Below, piece after piece: positions 25,082 through 33,580 of a DNA stretch of 53,480 nt. The notes below the pieces were generated by a model that ran no database searches, was not told the origin of the DNA, and saw only the letters and a program-made list of their open reading frames with translations. The stretch's first letter is position 1. Every line of letters begins with the position of its first letter. The position numbers and the translations under genes were made by a program. The DNA lies in contig CAZNMD010000004.1 in NCBI GenBank assembly GCA_964574355.1, positions 1 through 53,480 of the forward strand. Reading direction: 5' to 3'. The DNA is from an uncultured Candidatus Saccharibacteria bacterium (GTDB lineage Bacteria; Patescibacteriota; Minisyncoccia; Phycocordibacterales; DSPV01).

Positions 25082-27205
25082 CTAGAATCCCAAAATAACA
25101 GGGATCACGATAGGTCTTTTTGCTGTTCTTTGAAGAAGAAAGCGTGAGACTTCATCAGTGACAATATTTTTTACGTTATCAAAATCAATCGGGTGCTGCC
25201 CAGCCGTTGTTTTTTCAATGGTTCGCTTAATAAGTTCTCGTACTTCTCGTAGTAGTTCTTGTGATTCGCGAAGGTATACGAATCCACGAGAAATAATGTC
25301 GGGCGATTTTCTAAGACGTCCGTTTGAAGCGTTTACAGAAGCAACAATAACAAACATGCCTTCTTCCGCGAGCATTTGTCTATCTCGAATGACGACGTCT
25401 TGAATGTCTCCAATTGAAAATCCATCAACCGTTAGAGGAGATGAGGGTGCTTTCATTGGAAGCATACCAATCTTAAGGGTAACGGGGTCGATTTCGATGA
25501 TGCTTCCGTTGTCAGGAACGATAATATTTTCTTGAGGACAGCCAAGAGATTTTGATAGTTCTCCGTGCATTTTAAGCATGTAGTGATTACCGTGCATTGG
25601 CATGAAGAACGTATACGGAATGTGGCGGTGAATCCATTCAAGTTCACCTCGTTTTCCGTGGCCCGATGTATGAACGTCAGAATCAAGATAGGTAATAACT
25701 TTTGTATTACTGCGGTAGAGATTATCTTTCAGGGTTGCCACTGCGCGTTCATTTCCTGGAATAACCGAAGATGAAAGAATGATTGTGTCGGTTCTTCCAA
25801 TTTTTATACTCTTGTGTGTACTGTTTGCAATACGCATCAGAGAAGCAAATTCCTCTCCCTGGGCACCTGTGGCTAAAATCATGACGCGATTTGGTGCGTA
25901 GTCACCAACTTCTTCAATTGGAATAGCGTGCTTCACTTCTGAGAGGCGAAGTTTTTTAATAATTTCAACGTTTGCTTTCATGCTGCGGCCATCGATAGCA
26001 ACTTTTCGGTTGTATTTTTTGGCAATTTCAATAAATGCGATAATACGTTCAACTTGTGAGGCAAATGTCGCGATAACGATTCGTCCGCCTGAAATTGAGA
26101 CAATTTTGTCTACGCTTTCAATAACTCTTCGTTCAGGAAGAGACCATCCTGGTTTTTCAATACCTGTTGAGTCCATCGCCAAAAAAAGAATTTTTCTGTC
26201 TTTTAAGACGGCATATTGTTTTTCTTCTAGTGGGTCAGCAACTCCGTTTTCATTTTCTACTCGAACGTCGCCTGTAAAAATAAGATCACCGTGAGGGGTT
26301 TCGATAATGGCTCCGGATGAATCAGGAATTGAGTGTGTTAGTCCGAAGAAACGAATCTTCATATTTTTCCCAATAGGAAGAGCGCCGTCGTCTTTACCAA
26401 CAAGTTTCATATCGATTGCCGGAAGGTGAGGGAATTCTTCGTGGCGCTTTTTAATTAACATGCCGCCGAATTCACGCGTATAGATAGGTGGATTTCCAAG
26501 ACGTTCAACAAGGTAAGGGATTGCTCCGATGTGGTCGAGGTGACCATGTGTAATAACAATGCCTCGAATTTTTGACTTTCTTTCTTCAAGGTAAGACGTA
26601 TTAGGGAGTAAGTAGTTTACTCCAGGAGTTTCGTTTGAGGCGAACTGAAGACCACAATCAACGATAACAATATCGTTTTCATCTTCAACGATGGTCATGT
26701 TGCGACCAATTTCCTCAACCCCTCCCAAAGGAATAATACGAATTTTTCCAGTGGCAACAGGTGGAACGGTATCACCTTTTCTGGTCGGCATTTGTTTTGC
26801 TGCTCCTGCTGGTCGACGAGGGGGGCGCATAGATTTTCTATGAAAATGAGCACGTTCTCCTGGTTTTTTATTTTGATGTGTGGCGGTGAGAGGTTTAGTT
26901 TGAGGTGTCTGGCTAGGAAGTGGAGTTCTCATCGGTGGGCGAGAATTTTGAGATTGAAAAGGTCGCTTCTGATCATTTCTTGGTCGAAGTGATTGTGGAG
27001 TTATGTGTACTGGCGCTCGCCTTTCGCGGTTTTGGTTGGTTGGTGTTGGTGGAATAGGGGGCGGGACAGGTGGGGGTACTGGATTTTTTGCAGGAATAGA
27101 TACAGAACCGGTTCCTGGGTTGGCGCGGTATGTACGTATTCGATTCGAATTAAATCGATTATTGTTTTTTCCGCGAGAGTTAAATGTATTGTCGTTTGGT
27201 TTCAT
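25082..27205 (-). CDS. rnj: Ribonuclease J (metallo-beta-lactamase/beta-CASP) with ~150-aa low-complexity N-terminal extension
   Basis: IRIIPLGGVEEIGRNMT, VITHGHLDHIGAIPYL, HTSGHGKRGEL and PMHGNHYML. The N-terminus is rich in Pro, Arg, Asn and Gln. Confidence 0.85.
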   Translation of the reverse strand: MKPNDNTFNSRGKNNNRFNSNRIRTYRANPGTGSVSIPAKNPVPPPVPPPIPPTPTNQNRERRAPVHITPQSLRPRNDQKRPFQSQNSRPPMRTPLPSQTPQTKPLTATHQNKKPGERAHFHRKSMRPPRRPAGAAKQMPTRKGDTVPPVATGKIRIIPLGGVEEIGRNMTIVEDENDIVIVDCGLQFASNETPGVNYLLPNTSYLEERKSKIRGIVITHGHLDHIGAIPYLVERLGNPPIYTREFGGMLIKKRHEEFPHLPAIDMKLVGKDDGALPIGKNMKIRFFGLTHSIPDSSGAIIETPHGDLIFTGDVRVENENGVADPLEEKQYAVLKDRKILFLAMDSTGIEKPGWSLPERRVIESVDKIVSISGGRIVIATFASQVERIIAFIEIAKKYNRKVAIDGRSMKANVEIIKKLRLSEVKHAIPIEEVGDYAPNRVMILATGAQGEEFASLMRIANSTHKSIKIGRTDTIILSSSVIPGNERAVATLKDNLYRSNTKVITYLDSDVHTSGHGKRGELEWIHRHIPYTFFMPMHGNHYMLKMHGELSKSLGCPQENIIVPDNGSIIEIDPVTLKIGMLPMKAPSSPLTVDGFSIGDIQDVVIRDRQMLAEEGMFVIVASVNASNGRLRKSPDIISRGFVYLRESQELLREVRELIKRTIEKTTAGQHPIDFDNVKNIVTDEVSRFLLQRTAKRPIVIPVILGF

Positions 27206-27276
27206 TGGGTTAGTGTACTTTTCAAAAAAAGTTTTTAATTAGCTAGTATGATTTTTATTGGAACGAGATTTTTAAT

Positions 27277-29040
27277 TTATCGAGAAAGTAATGGAATGAG
27301 AGGCGACCAAATTCGGTCAGTCTCAATGTACCAATCTTTAATGCTTGCAAAACGTTCTGCTGGGACGGCAATTGATCCTAGGTTTACTGCATGTAGTTTT
27401 TTAGGAAGAACATAAATAAAATCTGGGGAGTACAAGAAGATTGCGGGAACATCGTTAGCTATTTCTTCTTCAAATTGTAAGTACTTTAGTGTTCGTGCTT
27501 CTGTGTCTGTTGTTTTTCTAGCTTCTTCGAGGAGTTTATCTACTGTTACGTTGGCGTACATAGAAATGTTGTAGCCAGGATCATTTCGTTGTGAGCTGTG
27601 CCAAAAAGGATACACATCGAGATCCCGACCGATAATTTGTCCAAAAAGGAGGGCGTCATATTTTCTGGGACGGATGACGTTTTGATGAAGGTCTCCGGGC
27701 TCAAAAACAGAGAGGGTGACGTCAGCACCAAGTTCTCGCCAAGAGGACACTACCATGTCCGCGGCCGCTTTTAAGTCTGGAGCATTAGGGAGTGCGATCG
27801 AAAAGGAAAGTGTCTGCGTTTCGGTTTTTGTTTTTTTCTCGTAAATATTTGTGGTTGTTGATAGCTTCCAGCCATTTTTTTCAAGGAGTTTTCTGGCGGC
27901 AATAAGGCCAGATTCTGTCGTTGTGCTGATTTTTGTTTTTCGGTCAATAAGTAAACCTGGAGGAATTGGTTCATCGGCTTGTGTACCAAAACCATGAAGG
28001 ACTGTATCAACGATCGTTTTTTTGTCAGTAACTAAAAGGAGGGCTTGGCGCACTTCTTTGTTTGCCAGAGCGGTTGATTTACTTGTATTAAAGTAGATAC
28101 CAAAGACGCGCAAGAGCGGTGTATGGAGAACTGTTGCATTTGTTTGATCTAAAAGAAGTGCGTTTTCTGGTGAGATAGAACTCATCGCTTCAATTTCTCC
28201 TTTTTTATACGCTTCTAAAAGGGCTGTTTCGTTTTGGTAAAAATGGAGCATTAACTTTCGTATGTAGGGTGTTTGCAGAGCATATGACTTAAAGGGTGTA
28301 AGCAAAAAAGAAGATGGGACACCATTTTTTTGTTCTTCAACGAAATCAATTCGATACGGACCGGCACCAACGGGTTCAATATTGAGTGGTGAGAAAGGGA
28401 ATTGTTCCGCAGTTATGTTTTTCCAGTAGGCTTTTGGAAGGATCCCTAATGTGGCATTTTGAAGGAATGGTGCGTAAATTGCTTTTGGTGAAAGTCGAAC
28501 AGTTCGATCATCAATTTTTTCAGCAACGACATCAACCCAACTTGCCCATTTTGGACTCTTGAGGTTTGGATCTTGAACTTTTTCAATTGTGAAAATAACA
28601 TCATCAGCCGTTACTGGTGTACCGTCATGGAATGTTGCATCAGCTCGCAGTGTAAAGGTGTATGAGGCCCCTTGATTGTCTGTTGTATAGGATTCTGCAA
28701 GTTCTGGAACAAGTGATCCGTTTGGTGAGGTGCGTAATAGTCCGGCATATACGAGCGAGACGAGGTCTCGATCAGCATCGGTTGTTGCGAGAATTGGGTT
28801 TATAAAGCGAGGAGAGCCAACAATACCTTCTGAAAGTGAGCCCGCTAAGCGGGGTGTTGTTACTAGGTAGTTTGCTTGAACGTAAGAAAACAGAGCGATT
28901 GCAGAAGCTGCCATAACAGTGGCCACTCCAAAAAAGATAATGCGTTCAATGAGTGAAAACGAGTGCACTAAAGAGTCTCCTGCCCGAAGTGGTTTAGGAG
29001 AGAAATGTTTTCGAAAAATAAAATGAAAGATTCTATTCAA
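27277..29040 (-). CDS. ABC transporter substrate-binding protein, family 5 (peptide/nickel type), membrane-anchored
   Basis: N-terminal TM IIFFGVATVMAASAIALF. Family-5 pattern: SPRFINPILATTDADRDLVSLVYAGLL...FTLRADATFHDGTPVTADDVIFT. Confidence 0.7.
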   Translation of the reverse strand: MNRIFHFIFRKHFSPKPLRAGDSLVHSFSLIERIIFFGVATVMAASAIALFSYVQANYLVTTPRLAGSLSEGIVGSPRFINPILATTDADRDLVSLVYAGLLRTSPNGSLVPELAESYTTDNQGASYTFTLRADATFHDGTPVTADDVIFTIEKVQDPNLKSPKWASWVDVVAEKIDDRTVRLSPKAIYAPFLQNATLGILPKAYWKNITAEQFPFSPLNIEPVGAGPYRIDFVEEQKNGVPSSFLLTPFKSYALQTPYIRKLMLHFYQNETALLEAYKKGEIEAMSSISPENALLLDQTNATVLHTPLLRVFGIYFNTSKSTALANKEVRQALLLVTDKKTIVDTVLHGFGTQADEPIPPGLLIDRKTKISTTTESGLIAARKLLEKNGWKLSTTTNIYEKKTKTETQTLSFSIALPNAPDLKAAADMVVSSWRELGADVTLSVFEPGDLHQNVIRPRKYDALLFGQIIGRDLDVYPFWHSSQRNDPGYNISMYANVTVDKLLEEARKTTDTEARTLKYLQFEEEIANDVPAIFLYSPDFIYVLPKKLHAVNLGSIAVPAERFASIKDWYIETDRIWSPLIPLLSR

Positions 29041-29100
29041 CGTAGATTTTGTGTGCCACTTTTAAAATGGCAGATTACTAACTGCGTGCGCTACTTGCGC

Positions 29101-29340
29101 TTATATACTTGTGATGAGTCGTGCGAGGCACGCTGCCACAAAGAGAACCGCAACAACGACCGTCGCGTTAAAGACAATTTTTTCTGCACCGCGTCTGGTA
29201 TGAAACGATGTACTCCAATTGTCACCACCACCAAAAGCACCTCCTAGGGAAGCACTGGATTGCTGGATTATGACGCCCGCAACAAGGAGGACGGCAAGGC
29301 CGATCTGCATGTAGGGCAATAGGGGTAGGAGCGACTGCAT
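29101..29340 (-). CDS. secG: Preprotein translocase subunit SecG
   Basis: MQIGLAVLLVAGVIIQQSSASLGGAFGGG...TRRGAEKIVFNATVVVAVLFV is the typical SecG layout. Start moved to MQSLL; the track extends to 29379. Confidence 0.75.
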   Translation of the reverse strand: MQSLLPLLPYMQIGLAVLLVAGVIIQQSSASLGGAFGGGDNWSTSFHTRRGAEKIVFNATVVVAVLFVAACLARLITSI

Positions 29341-29415
29341 CAGTTGTACTACCTTATCAGAAGTCGGTTTATGAGGCAACTAGGCTTTTTGTTTTTGGTG
29401 GGGGTGAATCATAAT

Positions 29416-29444
29416 TTGACCTTGCAACAAGGCCTCCGTATAAT
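29416..29444 (+). promoter_or_regulatory. Consensus sigma70 promoter of groES-groEL
   Basis: TTGACC (29416-29421), exactly 17 nt spacer, TATAAT (29439-29444). Confidence 0.65.
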
Positions 29445-29527
29445 ACGAGTCCGAAAAGCCAAAAAGACGTTTTTTATGGGTTTTTTGTGTTTGTTATTAA
29501 CAGAACTATAGCTAATAGAAAAAACAT

Positions 29528-29866
29528 ATGAAGAAGAAAGCCGCCTTAAAGTCTGATAACAACAAAGGAAGTTCAGTTGGAATTATTCCCCTTTCTGATC
29601 GAGTTTTAATACGGCCAATAAGTAAAGAAGAAACAACCGCAAGTGGAATTATTATTCCTGACACTGTTTCTAAGGAAAAACCAGAACAGGGGACTGTTGT
29701 CGCTGTTGGTGCTGGTAAATATGAAGATGGAAAATTAATTCCAACCCGAGTTAAGGTTGGTGACGTTGTTGTATTCAGTAAATATGGGTATGACGAAATT
29801 AAACAGGATGGTGAAGAGTATTTTATTCTTCGAGAAGACAGTATTTTAGCGGTTATTAAGAAATAG
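29528..29866 (+). CDS. groES: Co-chaperonin GroES (with ~17-aa basic N-terminal extension)
   Basis: IIPLSDRVLIRP...TASGIIIPDT..EKPEQGTVVAVG...VKVGDVVVFSKYG.... Confidence 0.9.
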   Translation: MKKKAALKSDNNKGSSVGIIPLSDRVLIRPISKEETTASGIIIPDTVSKEKPEQGTVVAVGAGKYEDGKLIPTRVKVGDVVVFSKYGYDEIKQDGEEYFILREDSILAVIKK

Positions 29867-29899
29867 TCTTTAATAATTTTTTTAACAACAATACCTTAT

Positions 29900-31552
29900 A
29901 TGGCAAAACAGTTACTGTATGGAGATAAAGCACGAGCTTCTCTTAAGCGTGGAGTTGATACGGTTGCAGACGCAGTTCGAATCACTATTGGTCCGCGTGG
30001 ACGAAATGTTGTTTTAGATAAGGGATATGGTGCGCCAACAATTACAAATGACGGTGTTTCGATTGCAAAAGAAATTTCTCTCAAAGATAAATTTGAGAAT
30101 ATGGGCGCTGAGATCGTTAAAGAAGTTGCCGAAAAGACGAATGATGGTGCGGGTGACGGAACAACAACATCCGTGGTCTTAACTCAGGCGCTTATTGCGG
30201 AAGGTTTTAAGCATCTTGCTCGTGGTGTGAATGCTCTCGGTATTCGAATTGGTATTGAGGCAGCAGTCAAAGATGTCGTTGCCGACTTAAAGGCAATGGC
30301 AAAGCCAATAAAAAGTAAGGAAGAAATTCGTCAGGTGGCTACTATTTCAGCTGAGTCTGTTGATATTGGAACAACGATTGCCGATACGATTGATAAGGTT
30401 GGTAAAGATGCAGTGGTTACCGTTGAGGAATCTCAGACAATGGGTATTGAATCTGAGGTTGTTGAAGGTCTTGAGTTTGATAAGGGTTATATTTCGGCCT
30501 ACATGATGACTAACGCGGAACGACTGGAGGCTGAGTACAAAGATGTCCCTATTCTTTTGACCGACAAAAAAGTTTCTTCAATAAAAGAAATTCTTCCACT
30601 ATTGGAAAAATTGATTGCTTCAGGAAAAAAAGATTTGGTTATTATTGCGGATGATGTTGACGGCGAAGCGCTCTCAACCTTTGTGCTCAACAAATTACGT
30701 GGAACATTTAACGTTCTTGCAATTAAGGCTCCAGGTTACGGTGACCGAAAGAAAGAAATGCTTGAAGATATTGCGGTTACTACCGGAGCAAAAGTTGTTT
30801 CTGCTGATGTTGGTGTAAAACTTGATACAGCGGGGATCGATGTTCTTGGTCGGGCTCAGAAAATTATTGCCACAAAAGATAAGACGATTGTCGTTGGTGG
30901 TAAAGGCAAAAAATCTGAGATTGATGAGCGAGTAAAACAGTTGAAGAAACAGCGTGAGACTAGTGATAGTAAGTATGATAAGGAAAAAATTGATGAACGA
31001 ATTGCAAAGTTGACTGGTGGAGTTGCTATTTTGAAAGTTGGTGCAGCAACAGAAACAGAAATGAAGTATTTGAAGCTAAAGATCGAAGATGCCGTAAACG
31101 CAACAAAGGCCGCTATTGCTGAAGGTATTGTGCCTGGTGGTGGCGTAGCACTTGTGAAGGTTGCAAAATCTCTCGGAGATAAACATGTAAAAGTTGCAGC
31201 TTCGCAAAATGAAGAATTTCGTATCGGATATCAGATTGTATTAAAGGCACTTGAGGCACCTTTGAAAAATATTGCAATTAATGCTGGAAAGGATGATGGT
31301 TCCGTTATTGTTGAGAAAGTGAAAGAGGGTAAAGGTAATGCGGGATATAACGCTCTTCTCGATACGATGGTTCCTGATATGCTTGCGGCCGGGATTATTG
31401 ATCCTGTAAAAGTTACACGTTTAGGTGTTGAAAATTCGACATCTGCGGCAGCGATTTTGCTCACGACGGAGGTAGCTGTGACCGAAGAACCAAAAGAAGA
31501 AAAACCTGAACAAGGTGGTCAAGGGGGTGGTATGGGAGGCATGGATTATTAG
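29900..31552 (+). CDS. groEL: Chaperonin GroEL
   Basis: AKQLLYGDKAR...GPRGRNVVLDK..GAPTITNDGVSIAKEI...DGTTTS... with the C-terminal GGMGGMDY tail. Confidence 0.95.
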   Translation: MAKQLLYGDKARASLKRGVDTVADAVRITIGPRGRNVVLDKGYGAPTITNDGVSIAKEISLKDKFENMGAEIVKEVAEKTNDGAGDGTTTSVVLTQALIAEGFKHLARGVNALGIRIGIEAAVKDVVADLKAMAKPIKSKEEIRQVATISAESVDIGTTIADTIDKVGKDAVVTVEESQTMGIESEVVEGLEFDKGYISAYMMTNAERLEAEYKDVPILLTDKKVSSIKEILPLLEKLIASGKKDLVIIADDVDGEALSTFVLNKLRGTFNVLAIKAPGYGDRKKEMLEDIAVTTGAKVVSADVGVKLDTAGIDVLGRAQKIIATKDKTIVVGGKGKKSEIDERVKQLKKQRETSDSKYDKEKIDERIAKLTGGVAILKVGAATETEMKYLKLKIEDAVNATKAAIAEGIVPGGGVALVKVAKSLGDKHVKVAASQNEEFRIGYQIVLKALEAPLKNIAINAGKDDGSVIVEKVKEGKGNAGYNALLDTMVPDMLAAGIIDPVKVTRLGVENSTSAAAILLTTEVAVTEEPKEEKPEQGGQGGGMGGMDY

Positions 31553-31578
31553 AGACGAGAGAACAGACAAGTGATCAA

Positions 31579-31616
31579 AATCAGCCGCAATTCGCGAAAG
31601 CGAATTGCGGCTGATT
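31579..31616 (+). terminator. 17-bp hairpin after groEL (no clear U tract)
   Basis: AATCAGCCGCAATTCGC gaaa GCGAATTGCGGCTGATT. Confidence 0.5.
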
Positions 31617-31641
31617 GCGTAAGGGCGGTATACTTTAGTTC

Positions 31642-31854
31642 ATGGTAGAAAATTCCTCCACTGTGCCAAATGGGCAAGAGCCAGTTCCTCAATGGAAACG
31701 TCCAGCGGGTATGCCTTCACCTATTGGTGAATCATCTGGTAAAACAAAAAAATCAATCTTCAAACGTGCGGTTCCTTGGCAGATGACGGTTGGGGCAATT
31801 TTGCTTATTGTTTCGGTTTTATTTTCTTTTTTAGTTGATGCAACCTTTTTTTGA
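31642..31854 (+). CDS. Small hypothetical membrane protein (70 aa)
   Basis: C-terminal TM WQMTVGAILLIVSVLFSFLV. Confidence 0.4.
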   Translation: MVENSSTVPNGQEPVPQWKRPAGMPSPIGESSGKTKKSIFKRAVPWQMTVGAILLIVSVLFSFLVDATFF

Positions 31855-31889
31855 ATAGTTCATTTATTTAGTATCAATAATTAATTTCT

Positions 31890-32948
31890 ATGTATATGAG
31901 CCCACAAGAAATACTATCAAAAGTTGAATCAAGATTTGGTAAAAGGGGTAAAATATTCGGTCTTTTTGCGGCATTTGTTATTGTCGCGGTTTTGGTTGTT
32001 TTTCTTTGGGAGATGGGTGGATTTGGAAAGCAACTACGAGGAACAACATTTTCAGTTAGTTCAGGCTCAGGTGGTTTTTCTGGTGTGATGCAAAAGCTTA
32101 ATTTTGATCGTGACAAAATGGTGGCAACAGATGAGTATGCTGTTGCTCCAATGATGTATGCGGAATCTGCTGCTGGTAATATTGCTACGATTGTTCCTCC
32201 GTGGCCAATGAATCCTCCTGCTGCAACCGGTAAAATTCCAACATCTGATAAAAAAATTATAAAAAATGGATCACTTGATCTTCTTGTGAGAAATGCCGAC
32301 GCGGTAATCACTGGTATTGAAACAGTTGCCAGTAAATATCAAGGTTTTGTGGAGAGTAGTAATGTGTATGAGCAAACTGAAGGTGTAAAATCCGGTTACG
32401 CTTCTTTGCGTATTCCGGCAAATTCTTTTGATGCCGTGTTTGCGGAACTGAAAACCTTTGCGGTAAAAGTGGTTAGTGAAAATAGTAATACAAACGATGT
32501 TACCGCACAGTACATTGATCTTGAGGCACAAATAAAAAATTACAAAGCTGAGGAGGCTCAGTATCAGGAGATTATGAAAAAGGCGACAAAGATTGAAGAT
32601 ATTTTGAATGTTGCTTCACGTCTCGCTGATGTTCGTGGCCGGATTGAGCGTACCCAAGGTCAGTTGAATTTACTTTCTCGCCAAGTTGATATGTCGACTA
32701 TTTCTGTTTCATTTACCGCAGAACCTGTCGTTAAGCCAACAGATGTTATGTGGCGACCAGTAACTGTGGTTAAAGAAGGAGTAAAAAATCTTCTCGAAGG
32801 ATTGGTTCAATTTGCTGATTTTTTGATTAGGGTTGTGTTTTATCTTCCTATTTTGGCTTTGAAAATAGTATTTCTAGGGGGTGTTCTCTTTATTGTGTGG
32901 AAGATCGGACTTCTTCTGTACCGAAAAGTGTTTACACCATCTAGGTAA
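31890..32948 (+). CDS. DUF4349 domain-containing membrane-anchored protein
   Basis: IIKNGSLDLLVRNADAVITGIE...GYASLRIPANSFDAVFAELK...DVTAQYIDLEAQIKNYKAEE...RLADVRGRIERTQGQLN...MSTISVSF plus a C-terminal TM. Confidence 0.6.
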   Translation: MYMSPQEILSKVESRFGKRGKIFGLFAAFVIVAVLVVFLWEMGGFGKQLRGTTFSVSSGSGGFSGVMQKLNFDRDKMVATDEYAVAPMMYAESAAGNIATIVPPWPMNPPAATGKIPTSDKKIIKNGSLDLLVRNADAVITGIETVASKYQGFVESSNVYEQTEGVKSGYASLRIPANSFDAVFAELKTFAVKVVSENSNTNDVTAQYIDLEAQIKNYKAEEAQYQEIMKKATKIEDILNVASRLADVRGRIERTQGQLNLLSRQVDMSTISVSFTAEPVVKPTDVMWRPVTVVKEGVKNLLEGLVQFADFLIRVVFYLPILALKIVFLGGVLFIVWKIGLLLYRKVFTPSR

Positions 32949-32977
32949 GGAGCATAACTAACACTTATGGTAGAATA

Positions 32978-33006
32978 AAGCCGGCTTCTTAGGTCGGCTT
33001 TTTCTC
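32978..33006 (+). terminator. Rho-independent terminator candidate
   Basis: AAGCCG/CGGCTT stem followed by TTTCTCTT. Confidence 0.45.
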
Positions 33007-33028
33007 TTATTTATTCAAACAAATTATC

Positions 33029-33580
33029 ATGGGATTTGAAATTTTTATCGGAATTGCGGTTTTGGCGGCCTTGTGGGTTGCTTTTGCCTATAATCGTTTT
33101 ATTACGCTCATAAATCGAGCAAAGGAAGCGTGGTCAGATATTGATGTTCAGCTTAAACGTCGTTACGATTTGATTCCAAATCTTGTTGCGACGGTGAAAG
33201 GGTATGCAACGCATGAGACGATGGCTTTTGAAAATGTTACTAAGGCGCGCTCAGCAGCAATGGGGGCAGGAAATCTAGCTGATAAAGGCAAGGCTGAAAA
33301 TATGCTTGAAGGTGCGTTGAAATCAATTTTTGCGATTGCTGAAGCCTATCCTGATTTGAAAGCAAATCAAAATTTTCTTGAATTACAACGAGAACTTTCT
33401 GATACCGAAAACAAGGTCCAAGCGTCACGCCGATTCTATAACGGTAATGTTCGTGAGTTGAATACGGCGGTCGAGGCCTTTCCGGGCAATATTATTGCGA
33501 ACATGTTTAAATTCGCAAAAATGGAATTCTTTGAGCTTGAAAATGAAGCAGCTAAAGAACCAGTTAAGGTTAGTTTCTAG
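33029..33580 (+). CDS. lemA: LemA family protein
   Basis: YNRFITLINRAKEAWSDIDVQLKRRYDLIPNLV...YPDLKANQNFLELQRELSDTENKVQASRRFYN. Confidence 0.85.
   Translation: MGFEIFIGIAVLAALWVAFAYNRFITLINRAKEAWSDIDVQLKRRYDLIPNLVATVKGYATHETMAFENVTKARSAAMGAGNLADKGKAENMLEGALKSIFAIAEAYPDLKANQNFLELQRELSDTENKVQASRRFYNGNVRELNTAVEAFPGNIIANMFKFAKMEFFELENEAAKEPVKVSF

Noticed and set aside
29380-29527. CIRCE/HrcA operator upstream of groES
   Set aside because: I looked for TTAGCACTC-N9-GAGTGCTAA and found nothing similar. Only a consensus sigma70 promoter is present.
31874-32311. 145-aa minus-strand ORF
   Set aside because: It is antisense to the N-terminal part of the DUF4349 gene, which has a clear family signature.
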